Positions 16,457 to 25,420 of a stretch of 25,768 bases of DNA are shown here, in pieces; the stretch's first letter is position 1; each line of letters opens with the position of its first letter. The stretch comes from a virus. Taxonomy: Duplodnaviria; Caudoviricetes. The notes under the pieces were generated by a model, which made no database searches, was not told where the DNA came from, and saw nothing but the letters and a program-made list of their open reading frames with translations. The stretch is taken from positions 1-25,768 of IMG/VR virus record IMGVR_UViG_3300032233_002160; one strand, written 5' to 3'. The translations under genes and the position numbers were made by a program.

Positions 16457-17226
16457 CAACTAACATAACAAATATTGGCATTATGATGAGTTGCTTTGAT
16501 GAAGTAGAAGCAGTATCATTTGCAATCCAAGAATTGAGGAAATTTTATCCAGAAAATAAAATTTATATTTTTAACGAAAGTAATAAAGACTATAGTTTTT
16601 TACTCAATGACGATAGTAATATAAAAATAAAAAATGATAAAGATTCGATGAGTTTTTATTATCAAAATACTATTTCTGATGTTTATTTACTTCCTGAATT
16701 TCAACTAAAAATTCAAGATGCTTTTTTAACTTTTCTAAGTAGAATACACCAGACTATAGAATATTCTCAGAGTGAATATTTGTTATTAATGGATCCTGAT
16801 GTATTAATAAGAGGTCAATTAAATATACCATCAAATATTAATCTTCTAGGTTCATTAAGAAATAGGGGTGTTCCATTATCAACAAAAAAAATATTACAAG
16901 AGATAGAAGGTGCTATAATTATAGATGAATGGGGGGCAACGCCCGGAATATTTAAAGTTGAAACTTTCCTTAAAGCTTATGATAAATTTATTTCCATTCC
17001 CAATCTGCTACAAAAATTTACTCAATCATGGTATGCTTTCTATGCTCATGATATAATCATACCAATGCTATTTGCTCTTATAGGGGAGAAAGAACACTTA
17101 AATCTTGATTTTACTGAATGTAATAGTGACATTGATTGGCAAACAAATAATAAAAAGTTGGTTCATCACTATAAAAAATACTATAGTGATGTTGAAACCA
17201 AATTTCCATTTTTCAAAGAAATATAA
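16453..17226 (+). CDS. Putative GT-A fold glycosyltransferase
   Basis: EYLLLMDPDVLI contains a DXD motif; GT2-like N-terminus. Confidence 0.6.
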   Translation: MTTNITNIGIMMSCFDEVEAVSFAIQELRKFYPENKIYIFNESNKDYSFLLNDDSNIKIKNDKDSMSFYYQNTISDVYLLPEFQLKIQDAFLTFLSRIHQTIEYSQSEYLLLMDPDVLIRGQLNIPSNINLLGSLRNRGVPLSTKKILQEIEGAIIIDEWGATPGIFKVETFLKAYDKFISIPNLLQKFTQSWYAFYAHDIIIPMLFALIGEKEHLNLDFTECNSDIDWQTNNKKLVHHYKKYYSDVETKFPFFKEI

Positions 17227-17232
17227 AATGTT

Positions 17233-18783
17233 ATGAATGTCTTTATAATCAATAACTCCGCACAAAATTGTGGAGTTTATCAATATGGAAAAAGATTTGG
17301 AAGTATTGCATCCAAATCTAAAAAATATAATTTTATGTATTATGAAATAAATTCTGAAGAGGAATTTATTAAACTATATGAAATTCATAAACCTAAAGCA
17401 GTAATTTACAATTATCTTGCTGGGACTATGCCATGGTTAAGTGGTAGAATAATTCAGACATGTAGGGATCAAGGTGTAAAACAATACACAATCGTTCATA
17501 ACTCACACTACGATGGATTTGATTACTATTTGCACCAAAATCCATATCATCCACATGTAGATGATAGAAATTTTGCCTTAGCAAGACCTTTATTTGATTA
17601 TCAGTCACCTAAAATAGAACGTGATGATGATACCTTACATATAGGAACTTTTGGATTTGGATTTAAATGTAAGTATATTGATCAGATTTGTAAAACTGTA
17701 AATGAACAAATAACCGATAGAAAAGTTCAAATTAATTTACATTTAACAGAATCTCATTATTCTCCAAATTGGGATACAATACAAACAATAAAACAAGATT
17801 GTTTCAATCAGATTACTCATGATAATATTAAATTAAATATAACTCATGATTTTTTGACTGATGAAGAAATGCTAAACTTTCTTTCTAAGAATGATTTAAA
17901 TATATTCTTTTATGAAAAGTATCCAGATAATTATTATAATGGTATTTCTTCTACAATAGATTATGCACTCTCTGTTAAAAAACCATTAGCAATTTGTGAA
18001 AGTAATATGTTTTCTCACATTTGGGATGTTAAACCATCTATTTGTGTGGAGCATAATTCTCTCCCATCAATTATTGAAAATGGATTTGCTCCTTTAGAAG
18101 AAAAGTACAATTTATGGACGAATGAAAAGTTTATAGATATCTTAGAAGAAATTATAGAAAAAACAACCGAAGTCATTATGACACAATTTAATTCTGACGC
18201 AAAACAAGATCAATTTGTTGCAAATATTTTAAACTTTAAAAAGAATGGATATTGTGTAGATATTGGTAGTCATCATTCAATTACTTCAAATAATAGTTAT
18301 TATTTTCAGAACGATGATTGGACATCAATTAGTATAGAACTTGATAGTTTATATAATGAAAGTTATTCTAGTAGAAAAAGTGGAGTTCACTTAAATGAAA
18401 ATGCTTTAGACGTTGATTATAGGAAACAATTTGAGGAGTATGAATTTCCAAAAAATATAGATTATCTTTCTCTAGATGTTGATACTCTAAGTTTGGATGT
18501 TCTTAAAATTTTACCTTTAGATGAGTATAGATTTAAAGTAATTACGATTGAGCACGATGGATATCTTTATGGTGACAGGTATAGAGAACCCCAGAGAAGT
18601 ATTCTTAATTCTCATGGATATCTTCTACTCTGTTCAAATGTTTATGTTGAACAACCTGGATATGAAGGAAAAGAATTTCCATTTGAAGATTGGTGGGTTG
18701 ATCCATCAGAATTTGATAATGATTTGATTGAAAAAATCAAATGCGATAGCACATTTCCATCGGCAATTATTTCTAAGTTTTAA
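17233..18783 (+). CDS. Fusion of a GT-B-like domain and an FkbM-like SAM methyltransferase
   Basis: N-terminal CGVYQYG..GTFGFG..GISSTIDYALS; C-terminal QDQFV..GYCVDIGS..IDYLSLDVD..FKVITIEH..EDWWV. Confidence 0.65.
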   Translation: MNVFIINNSAQNCGVYQYGKRFGSIASKSKKYNFMYYEINSEEEFIKLYEIHKPKAVIYNYLAGTMPWLSGRIIQTCRDQGVKQYTIVHNSHYDGFDYYLHQNPYHPHVDDRNFALARPLFDYQSPKIERDDDTLHIGTFGFGFKCKYIDQICKTVNEQITDRKVQINLHLTESHYSPNWDTIQTIKQDCFNQITHDNIKLNITHDFLTDEEMLNFLSKNDLNIFFYEKYPDNYYNGISSTIDYALSVKKPLAICESNMFSHIWDVKPSICVEHNSLPSIIENGFAPLEEKYNLWTNEKFIDILEEIIEKTTEVIMTQFNSDAKQDQFVANILNFKKNGYCVDIGSHHSITSNNSYYFQNDDWTSISIELDSLYNESYSSRKSGVHLNENALDVDYRKQFEEYEFPKNIDYLSLDVDTLSLDVLKILPLDEYRFKVITIEHDGYLYGDRYREPQRSILNSHGYLLLCSNVYVEQPGYEGKEFPFEDWWVDPSEFDNDLIEKIKCDSTFPSAIISKF

Positions 18784-18799
18784 TTTATTGATTAATATA

Positions 18800-19609
18800 A
18801 TGGAAAATAAATTTTGTTTAGTTACTTCTCTTTTTAATATTGAAAGAGAAAGAATGAATGGTAATGATGGTAGATCTTGGGATGATTATTTGAAGTGGTT
18901 TGAGAAAACTCTTCAACTTAAGAGTCCTATGATTGTTTTTTGTGAAGATGATTTAGTTGCTTTTATCAAAAAAAGAAGAGAGTATCCAACAAAAATAATC
19001 ACACACACTGTTTCAGAAATTCCTTATTATTACTTAAAGAATGAAATTCAAAAAATAATTTCTTCCAATGAATATCAAAGTAAAATAGGTGCTCCCGAAA
19101 GAATTGAGTGTCAGCATCCAATGTATAATGTAGTTCAGTATTCAAAATTTAAATGGTTGGAGCAAGCAATAGAACTCAATCCATTTAATAGTAAATATTT
19201 TTTTTGGATTGATGCTGGTGCTTCTCGACATTTTGAAGGATTTGATACAAACAATAATTTTCCAAGTCAGGAATCTTTGGATGCACTTGATCAAATGGGT
19301 GAAAAGTTTCTACTCCAAATGAATATGGATTATTATCAAGATTTGGTACAGGCTGAAACTTTAACAGAAGAATATCTATGGGATGCCAGGGCATTTACCT
19401 GCGGATCTTTTTTTGGTGGAGAACTTGAAGCAGTTAAAAAAATAAATCTTGAAATTGATAATATTTTTATTAATAAAATGATTAATAATGGACTTGTGAA
19501 TACCGAACAAACTGCACTAGGATATCTTTTGAAGACACAACCAGATTTATTTGTTGAATATAGAAGATATAATGGTAAGCACATGGACATGTTTACAGAA
19601 CTTTCTTGA
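18800..19609 (+). CDS. HtrL/WlaTC-like glycosyltransferase
   Basis: LVTSLFNI, YNVVQYSKF, AIELNPFNSKYFFWIDAG, CGSFFGG and EQ motifs. Confidence 0.7.
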   Translation: MENKFCLVTSLFNIERERMNGNDGRSWDDYLKWFEKTLQLKSPMIVFCEDDLVAFIKKRREYPTKIITHTVSEIPYYYLKNEIQKIISSNEYQSKIGAPERIECQHPMYNVVQYSKFKWLEQAIELNPFNSKYFFWIDAGASRHFEGFDTNNNFPSQESLDALDQMGEKFLLQMNMDYYQDLVQAETLTEEYLWDARAFTCGSFFGGELEAVKKINLEIDNIFINKMINNGLVNTEQTALGYLLKTQPDLFVEYRRYNGKHMDMFTELS

Positions 19610-19618
19610 GATAATTGA

Positions 19619-20578
19619 ATGAATATTGCATTTATTGGACCTGGTATTATGCCTATTCCTCCTGATGGATGGGGTGCTGTTGAAATGATGATTTGGGATT
19701 ATGCAACAGTCCTTGGAGAACTTGGATATACTGGAGCAATTATCAATACTCCAGATAGATATCAAATTATTGAAGAATTAAAAGAAGAGAAATTTGATAT
19801 TGTTCATCTTCATTACGATGTTTTTCATGATATTATTCCTGAGATTTTAAATACGATTTCTGGAAAGTTAATTGTCTCAAGTCATTATCCATATATCAAT
19901 TGTCCAGACATGTGGGTAAGGGATAACTACATTCCAATAGCACAAAGTTACGTTAATAACGAAGATTTTTATATATTTGCTTCAACCCAAAACGATATCG
20001 ATACTTTTGTAAGATTTGGTGCAGATAAAAATCATTGCTGGTTAAGTAGATTGGGAGTTCTTCCAGACTCTTATCAATTTGATGAGAATGCGACATATGA
20101 TCGCACACTTTCTTTTTCTCAAATTTGTGATAGAAAACGTCAATACCTTATTCAAGATTTTGATAATATTGACTTTATTGGTAGAATGGAGTATGGTAAG
20201 TTTAGTAATAGAACAAACTACAAGGGAGAAATGCTAAGAGAAAAATTAAATACTGAAATCACTAAGTATTCTAACTTTACTCTTCTGAGTTCTGTTGAAA
20301 ATACAACCCCACTGGTTGTTAAAGAAGCACTTATTTGTGGATTGGGTGTGGTAGTTTCTGAACAAGTATCTGTGGAATTGAATGCAAGTTTAGATTTTAT
20401 TGATGTAATTCCAGAAGATAGGATTGAAGACCTTTCTTATGTTAAAGATGTTTTGGAAAAAAATAAAGAATATTCTGTAAAGAACAGGAATGAAATTAGA
20501 GATTATGGAATTAAAACTTTTGGACTTGCTAATATTTTAGAATTTGAATATGTTCCCAAACTTCAATCACTATTATGA
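19619..20578 (+). CDS. GT4-like glycosyltransferase
   Basis: IPPDGWGAVE N-terminus; ENTTPLVVKEAL resembles the GT-B nucleotide-binding motif. Confidence 0.75.
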   Translation: MNIAFIGPGIMPIPPDGWGAVEMMIWDYATVLGELGYTGAIINTPDRYQIIEELKEEKFDIVHLHYDVFHDIIPEILNTISGKLIVSSHYPYINCPDMWVRDNYIPIAQSYVNNEDFYIFASTQNDIDTFVRFGADKNHCWLSRLGVLPDSYQFDENATYDRTLSFSQICDRKRQYLIQDFDNIDFIGRMEYGKFSNRTNYKGEMLREKLNTEITKYSNFTLLSSVENTTPLVVKEALICGLGVVVSEQVSVELNASLDFIDVIPEDRIEDLSYVKDVLEKNKEYSVKNRNEIRDYGIKTFGLANILEFEYVPKLQSLL

Positions 20579-21519
20579 GAATTAGTATTATTGGACCAGC
20601 AACTCAAATACCTCCAGTAGGTTGGGGTGCAGTTGAAAGTTTAATCTGGGATTATAAACTTTCATTGGAAAAATTGGGACATAAAGTTCAAATCATAAAC
20701 ATTGCAAATCCAAATGAAATTATTCAACGTGTGAATCAATTCCGACCGAATTTTGTTCATATCAACTATGATGACTGGATTACTCTTTATCCATATATTC
20801 AGTATCCTTGTGCAATAACTTCTCACTTTGGATATATTGAACGGCAGGATATGTTGAATGGATATGTAAATATCTTTAGACTCTTTCAGGATTACAAACC
20901 AAATATTCTTTGTCTATCCGAGAACATTAAAAAAGTTTATAAGTTTTTTGCTGAAATTCCAGAAGAAAAATTATACATCAATCCAAACGGTGTAAATTCT
21001 TCCCTATTTAAAAAGACTGATGAACCAAAATATCCCGATAGAAGCATCTATTTGGCTAAGGTAGATTATCGTAAACGTCAGCATCTATTCCAGTCTATTG
21101 ATTCTCTTTGGTATGCTGGTAATCTTGCAGATTCAAGATTTAATACAAATAAAAATTATCTTGGAGAATGGAATAAAGATACCCTTCATGAGGAGTTGAC
21201 AAATTATGGAAATCTGGTATTATTAAGTGATGGTGAAGCACATTCTCTTGTATTGATGGAAGCACTTGCTGCTGGACTTGGTATTGTAATCAGTGAATTT
21301 GCAACAGCAAATCTTGATTTAGATAAGGAGTTTATTGATGTGATTCCAGAAAAAAAAATCAATGATATTGAGTATATTGAAAGTATCATAATTAAAAACA
21401 GAGAGTATTCAATTTCTCATAGAGAAGAAATTTTAGAGTATTCTAAAAATTTTGAATGGTCTAATATCATACAAAATTATTACCTTCCAAATATTAAAAA
21501 ATTGATTAGCAAGTTATGA
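20575..21519 (+). CDS. GT4-like glycosyltransferase (paralog of the upstream gene)
   Basis: IPPVGWGAVE; EAHSLVLMEALAAG (EX7E). Confidence 0.8.
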   Translation: MRISIIGPATQIPPVGWGAVESLIWDYKLSLEKLGHKVQIINIANPNEIIQRVNQFRPNFVHINYDDWITLYPYIQYPCAITSHFGYIERQDMLNGYVNIFRLFQDYKPNILCLSENIKKVYKFFAEIPEEKLYINPNGVNSSLFKKTDEPKYPDRSIYLAKVDYRKRQHLFQSIDSLWYAGNLADSRFNTNKNYLGEWNKDTLHEELTNYGNLVLLSDGEAHSLVLMEALAAGLGIVISEFATANLDLDKEFIDVIPEKKINDIEYIESIIIKNREYSISHREEILEYSKNFEWSNIIQNYYLPNIKKLISKL

Positions 21520-22307
21520 TTGGATTTAATGCTCTGGGACAATTAGGAAGATTGGGAAATCAAATGTTCCAATTTGCAGCACTTAAAGGTATTGCAAGGC
21601 ATCGTGGATTTGAATATTGCTTTCCCCCCACACAAAATAGGAATGAATGGACTGACCATCAATTACTTAGTGCATTTAAACTTGCTTCTACTAGTCAATT
21701 AAATATTCAGTTTATTGATACTGGCAGACCAACAGTTTTTGAAGGAATCTTTTCATTTAATGAGATGTTTTTTAATGAGTGCCCTGATTGGGTGTCTATT
21801 CAGGGATACTTTCAAACAGAGAAATACTTTAAGCACATTCGTGATGAGTTGCTAAAAGACTTTGAGTTTAGGGATGAGATTTTAGAACCTTGTAAAGAGA
21901 TGATGTCTCAATTTGATAGTGCTCCAATTGCACTTCATATTCGTAGAACTGACTATCTTACAAATCCAAATCATACTGTACTTGGACTTGATTATTATGA
22001 AGAGGCACTAAAGCAGTTTGGTGATAGTAAAGTCCTTGTATTTTCTGATGATCCAGAATGGTGCAATCAACAAGAGTTATTCTCTGATGATAGGTTCCTG
22101 ATTGCCGAAGGAAATACAAATCATGTCGATTTGTGCTTGATGACTTTATGCTCTGGGCACATTATTGCCAACTCTTCATTCTCCTGGTGGGGTGCATGGT
22201 TATCAAATAGTAAGCAGGTTGTAGCACCTTCTGGGTGGTTTAGGGGGTCTAATAATGAGCACCTAGATACTAAAGATATTATTCCTGAAACTTGGATGAT
22301 GATATGA
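21516..22307 (+). CDS. GT11 alpha-1,2-fucosyltransferase
   Basis: GRLGNQMFQ, GYFQTEKYF, HIRRTDY, FSDDPEWC and ANSSFSWWGAWL motifs. Confidence 0.92.
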   Translation: MIGFNALGQLGRLGNQMFQFAALKGIARHRGFEYCFPPTQNRNEWTDHQLLSAFKLASTSQLNIQFIDTGRPTVFEGIFSFNEMFFNECPDWVSIQGYFQTEKYFKHIRDELLKDFEFRDEILEPCKEMMSQFDSAPIALHIRRTDYLTNPNHTVLGLDYYEEALKQFGDSKVLVFSDDPEWCNQQELFSDDRFLIAEGNTNHVDLCLMTLCSGHIIANSSFSWWGAWLSNSKQVVAPSGWFRGSNNEHLDTKDIIPETWMMI

Positions 22308-23017
22308 AAGTTGCCATTGCATTTGTTGGTACTGGTAAGTACCTTGATTTTCTTCCTAGGTATTATGAGAATATTAAAGAATATTTTCTACCTAATACCG
22401 AGAAGATATTTTTAGTGTTCACTGATGGTGAAGGAGATTTCCCAGAAGATGTTAAAGTTTATCCGCAGGAACACCTTGAGTGGCCGTTCATTACACTTAA
22501 AAGGTTTGAAATTCTTAACAGTGCAAGAGATGAAATTGTTAAAAATGACTGGTTGGTTTTCATTGATGCTGATGCTCTCGTTGTTGATCAGATTTTAGAA
22601 GAAGATTTTTTTACTGATAAACCACTGTTTGGTGTGCATCATCCCTGCCATGCACTAGGTATGTCTCCTCATAATAAGTATCCAGGTTCCTTTGAGACTA
22701 ATACGGAATCCTTAGCACATATAACAGAAACTGATGATGTATCTGTATATTATCAGGGATGTTTGTGGGGTGGTAAAATCCCGGAAGTTTGTGCTATGAT
22801 TGATACTCTAATGGAAAGAACTAATCTTGACTTGAAAAATGATGTAATTGCGATATGGCACGATGAAAGTCATATGAACAAGTACTTTATTGAAAATAAA
22901 GATTTAGTACATACTCTTGGACCAGAATATGCTTATCCCGAAGTCTTTGCTGGGTATTGTGACTTTGAACCAAAGATTGTACACCTTGCAAAAGATAATT
23001 CTAAGTATCAGCAATAG
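22304..23017 (+). CDS. GT6 family (ABO-like) glycosyltransferase
   Basis: GTGKY, VFTD, WPFITLKRF, FIDAD, YYQGCLWGG, AIWHDESHMNKYF and LGPEY motifs. Confidence 0.9.
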   Translation: MKVAIAFVGTGKYLDFLPRYYENIKEYFLPNTEKIFLVFTDGEGDFPEDVKVYPQEHLEWPFITLKRFEILNSARDEIVKNDWLVFIDADALVVDQILEEDFFTDKPLFGVHHPCHALGMSPHNKYPGSFETNTESLAHITETDDVSVYYQGCLWGGKIPEVCAMIDTLMERTNLDLKNDVIAIWHDESHMNKYFIENKDLVHTLGPEYAYPEVFAGYCDFEPKIVHLAKDNSKYQQ

Positions 23018-23019
23018 AA

Positions 23020-23814
23020 ATGGATAAAAATAAAGCAACTTATAAACTCAAGGGACTTCCTCCCATTTATTATCTCAATCTGGATGAACAACCAGAAAGG
23101 GCAGAATATATGGAAGATCAACTTAAGTACTGGGAGATTGAAGATTATACTCGTATCTCTGCCTATGATGGTAGGGACGGTAGAGACCTAGGAGACATTC
23201 TCAAAGGACGTTATCCTGATATGATGACTTCTGGTGAGGTAGGTTGTGTAACATCGCATCTGAAAGCACTGAAGCACTTCTTGGAGAACTCTGACTCTCC
23301 TTGTGCTCTGATTATGGAAGATGATTGTGACATCTCTACAGTAACCAATTGGCCGTTTAGTTGGAAGGATTTCTTTTGTAAGGTTCCTTATGATTATGAT
23401 GTCGTTCAACTTGCAATTATCAATCCTGCTCAAGTTCATGTACGAATGCATCGTAGGTTTGTCAATGACTTCTCAACTGCCTGCTATTTAATTACTCGAC
23501 ATCATGCACAGAAACTCATCAATCTTCACGTTCGTGGTGATAAGTATAAGTTGGATAATGGAGTCAAACCACGTGCAGTTGCCGATGATCTGATTTATAA
23601 TTCTGGCAATACTTTTGCAATTCCCCTGTTTCTCTATAAGATTGAATTAGGATCTTCCATTCATGATGAGCATGTCGATGTATTTCATAAGTCAAGTTAT
23701 GAAGGTCTTTGGAATTTTTGGAAGACCGATTCTACAAATATCAGTGATTGGAGTGCTATATTTGATTATGACCCTTATTTTGCCAGAATCCCGCCAGGAT
23801 TTGAAGGCAAATGA
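23020..23814 (+). CDS. GT25 family glycosyltransferase
   Basis: YYLNLD...ER, GEVGCVTSH, LIMEDD and STACYLI motifs. Confidence 0.88.
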   Translation: MDKNKATYKLKGLPPIYYLNLDEQPERAEYMEDQLKYWEIEDYTRISAYDGRDGRDLGDILKGRYPDMMTSGEVGCVTSHLKALKHFLENSDSPCALIMEDDCDISTVTNWPFSWKDFFCKVPYDYDVVQLAIINPAQVHVRMHRRFVNDFSTACYLITRHHAQKLINLHVRGDKYKLDNGVKPRAVADDLIYNSGNTFAIPLFLYKIELGSSIHDEHVDVFHKSSYEGLWNFWKTDSTNISDWSAIFDYDPYFARIPPGFEGK

Positions 23815-23817
23815 GAC

Positions 23818-23864
23818 TTGACAAATCGTTACATTTCCTATATAATTCTGTAATGTTTCGTAAC
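23818..23864 (+). promoter_or_regulatory. sigma70 promoter with HLR1-like repeats
   Basis: TTGACA(23818)-17 nt-TATAAT(23841); GTTACATT in the spacer; minus strand GTTACGAA-AC-ATTACAGA at 23847-23864. Confidence 0.65.
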
Positions 23865-23874
23865 AAAACAAAAA

Positions 23875-24084
23875 ATGACGACAACGACTAACGAGTACGG
23901 GCAGCAAAACATGTTTGCTAAAGAACCCGTTATGTATATCTCTGATGAAGATGCTATCAAGTATGGTATGATGACTCACAACGAAAGAGCAGAACTTGCT
24001 AATGGTCGTTGGGCAATGATGGGCATCATTACTGGACTTGCATCTTATGCTATCACCGGCAATCTGTTCTTTGGTCTTGCCTAA
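23875..24084 (+). CDS. hli: High-light inducible protein
   Basis: AELANGRWAMMG (ExxNGRxAMxG), C-terminal TG; NMFAKEP N-terminal extension. Confidence 0.93.
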   Translation: MTTTTNEYGQQNMFAKEPVMYISDEDAIKYGMMTHNERAELANGRWAMMGIITGLASYAITGNLFFGLA

Positions 24085-24170
24085 TGACTGAGGTAATTTT
24101 TGCAACCACAAGTGTTGCCTTCTTTGTGCTTCTTGCACACTCAATCAATCAACTTTCAGAAACTTATTAA
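24084..24170 (+). CDS. Small hydrophobic peptide (28 aa, MTEVIFATTSVAFFVLLAHSINQLSETY)
   Basis: TAATG coupling to hli; fills the gap up to the RBS of the next hli. Confidence 0.55.
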   Translation: MTEVIFATTSVAFFVLLAHSINQLSETY

Positions 24171-24181
24171 GGAGAACTAAA

Positions 24182-24301
24182 ATGAAATTCGGATGGACAC
24201 CTGAGGCAGAACTTCTCAATTCTCGTCTTGCTATGCTTGGATTCGTAATCGCAGTCGGAACTTATCTTACCACTGGGCAAATTGTGCCTGGAGTGTGGTG
24301 A
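24182..24301 (+). CDS. hli: High-light inducible protein (39 aa)
   Basis: MKFGWTPEAELLNSRLAMLGFVIAVGTYLTTGQIVPGVW; Shine-Dalgarno AAGGAG. Confidence 0.92.
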   Translation: MKFGWTPEAELLNSRLAMLGFVIAVGTYLTTGQIVPGVW

Positions 24302-24370
24302 AACACTAACAAAACTAAGCATTTATACTCATTCTCATTCTAAATATGAGTGGGGACATTTATATTTCAA

Positions 24371-24442
24371 ATGATAATTGTAGAATTATATTTCGCAGTA
24401 TTATTCTCTATAATAATAATAAAAGCAGCATTTTCGAAATAA
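24371..24442 (+). CDS. Possible 23-aa hydrophobic peptide (MIIVELYFAVLFSIIIIKAAFSK)
   Basis: Downstream of the late promoter-like CTAAATA at 24340-24346. Confidence 0.3.
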   Translation: MIIVELYFAVLFSIIIIKAAFSK

Positions 24443-24480
24443 TTTTAAATCCTCTTCTATATACAGGAGAGGATTTTTTT

Positions 24481-24636
24481 ATGATGCCTAGAAATCAACT
24501 GACCAAAGAAGAAATTAAATGGTATATTGAGAGGTTAAAGGCAGAACTTTATCAGGAGAAAACTTCGGAGTCAAAGTATCTTGCCGATAAGTATCTCAAT
24601 AAAGTCTTAGATAAGATTGGTGAATATTATTGTTGA
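24481..24636 (+). CDS. Hypothetical protein (MMPRNQLTKEEIKWYIERL...)
   Basis: Strong Shine-Dalgarno AGGAGAGGA upstream of ATG 24481/24484. Confidence 0.65.
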   Translation: MMPRNQLTKEEIKWYIERLKAELYQEKTSESKYLADKYLNKVLDKIGEYYC

Positions 24637-24645
24637 CTGGTGGGG

Positions 24646-24673
24646 TTGACAGGCAGTTTTACTGTGCTATCAT
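24646..24673 (+). promoter_or_regulatory. sigma70 promoter
   Basis: TTGACA-16 nt-TATCAT with a TG extension. Confidence 0.55.
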
Positions 24674-24701
24674 AGGTAGGACATTTTGAAGTCTTTCTTA
24701 A

Positions 24702-25352
24702 ATGATGAAACTCTTTGCACCTGCCATTGCCACTCTTATGATTGCTGGCACTCTGCTTCCTGCGTATGCTGATGGTGATAGGAATCGGGACAATGGTGGA
24801 AATCAATCGACTAACACTAACACTAACACTAACACGAATAGCAACACCAACAACAACACCAATCGGAACAATAACCGAAACAATAATACAAATAATTTGA
24901 CTGGTGGGTCTTCTACTTCGACTTCTACTGGTGGATCTGCAAATCAAACTACCACCAATAGTCTGGGTGGGTCTACAAACACACTAGTTAATCAAGGAAC
25001 TGTTTATTATCCCGATTGGATTAATGTGGCACCTTCACAGTCTTCTGTTTCTATCAATTCGTCTTCCTGCCAAGGTCCAACTATTAATGGTGCTGTTCAA
25101 ACTCTAGAGACTGATTCCTTTAATAATCAATACGGTGTTCAGGGAAGCATTGGTATTTCTATTCCTCTTGGTGGACAGAAGGATTGTTATGAGGTTCAAT
25201 CCAGTATTCGCAAACGAGCAGTATTTGAGAATGCTGCTAATACTGCTTTGATGTGTACTCAACTGGCAAAGATGAATGTGAAATTTGACGATGTTAGGTT
25301 CCCTGAACTTGCTGCCTGCCTTCCCCCGTCACCCGTTTCTTCTGCGAAGTGA
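24702..25352 (+). CDS. Hypothetical exported protein with Asn/Thr-rich low-complexity region
   Basis: Signal peptide ending in AYA; N/T-rich tract; four Cys in the C-terminal domain. Confidence 0.8.
   Translation: MMKLFAPAIATLMIAGTLLPAYADGDRNRDNGGNQSTNTNTNTNTNSNTNNNTNRNNNRNNNTNNLTGGSSTSTSTGGSANQTTTNSLGGSTNTLVNQGTVYYPDWINVAPSQSSVSINSSSCQGPTINGAVQTLETDSFNNQYGVQGSIGISIPLGGQKDCYEVQSSIRKRAVFENAANTALMCTQLAKMNVKFDDVRFPELAACLPPSPVSSAK
24810..24833 (+). repeat. (ACTAAC)4 tandem repeat encoding TNTNTNTN
   Basis: Read directly from the sequence. Confidence 0.9.
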
Positions 25353-25386
25353 TTGACACCATTTGTGTTCTGTGCTACAATAAATA
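25353..25386 (+). promoter_or_regulatory. psbA promoters: sigma70 plus overlapping late promoter
   Basis: TTGACA(25353)-17 nt-TACAAT(25376); AATAAATA at 25379-25386. Confidence 0.7.
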
Positions 25387-25420
25387 GATGTTAAGAAATC
25401 AACATATTTCTTAATCTTCT

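Noticed and set aside
24346-24480. N-terminal extension of the 96-aa ORF
   Set aside because: Its ATG overlaps the late-promoter motif, and a strong Shine-Dalgarno precedes ATG 24481.
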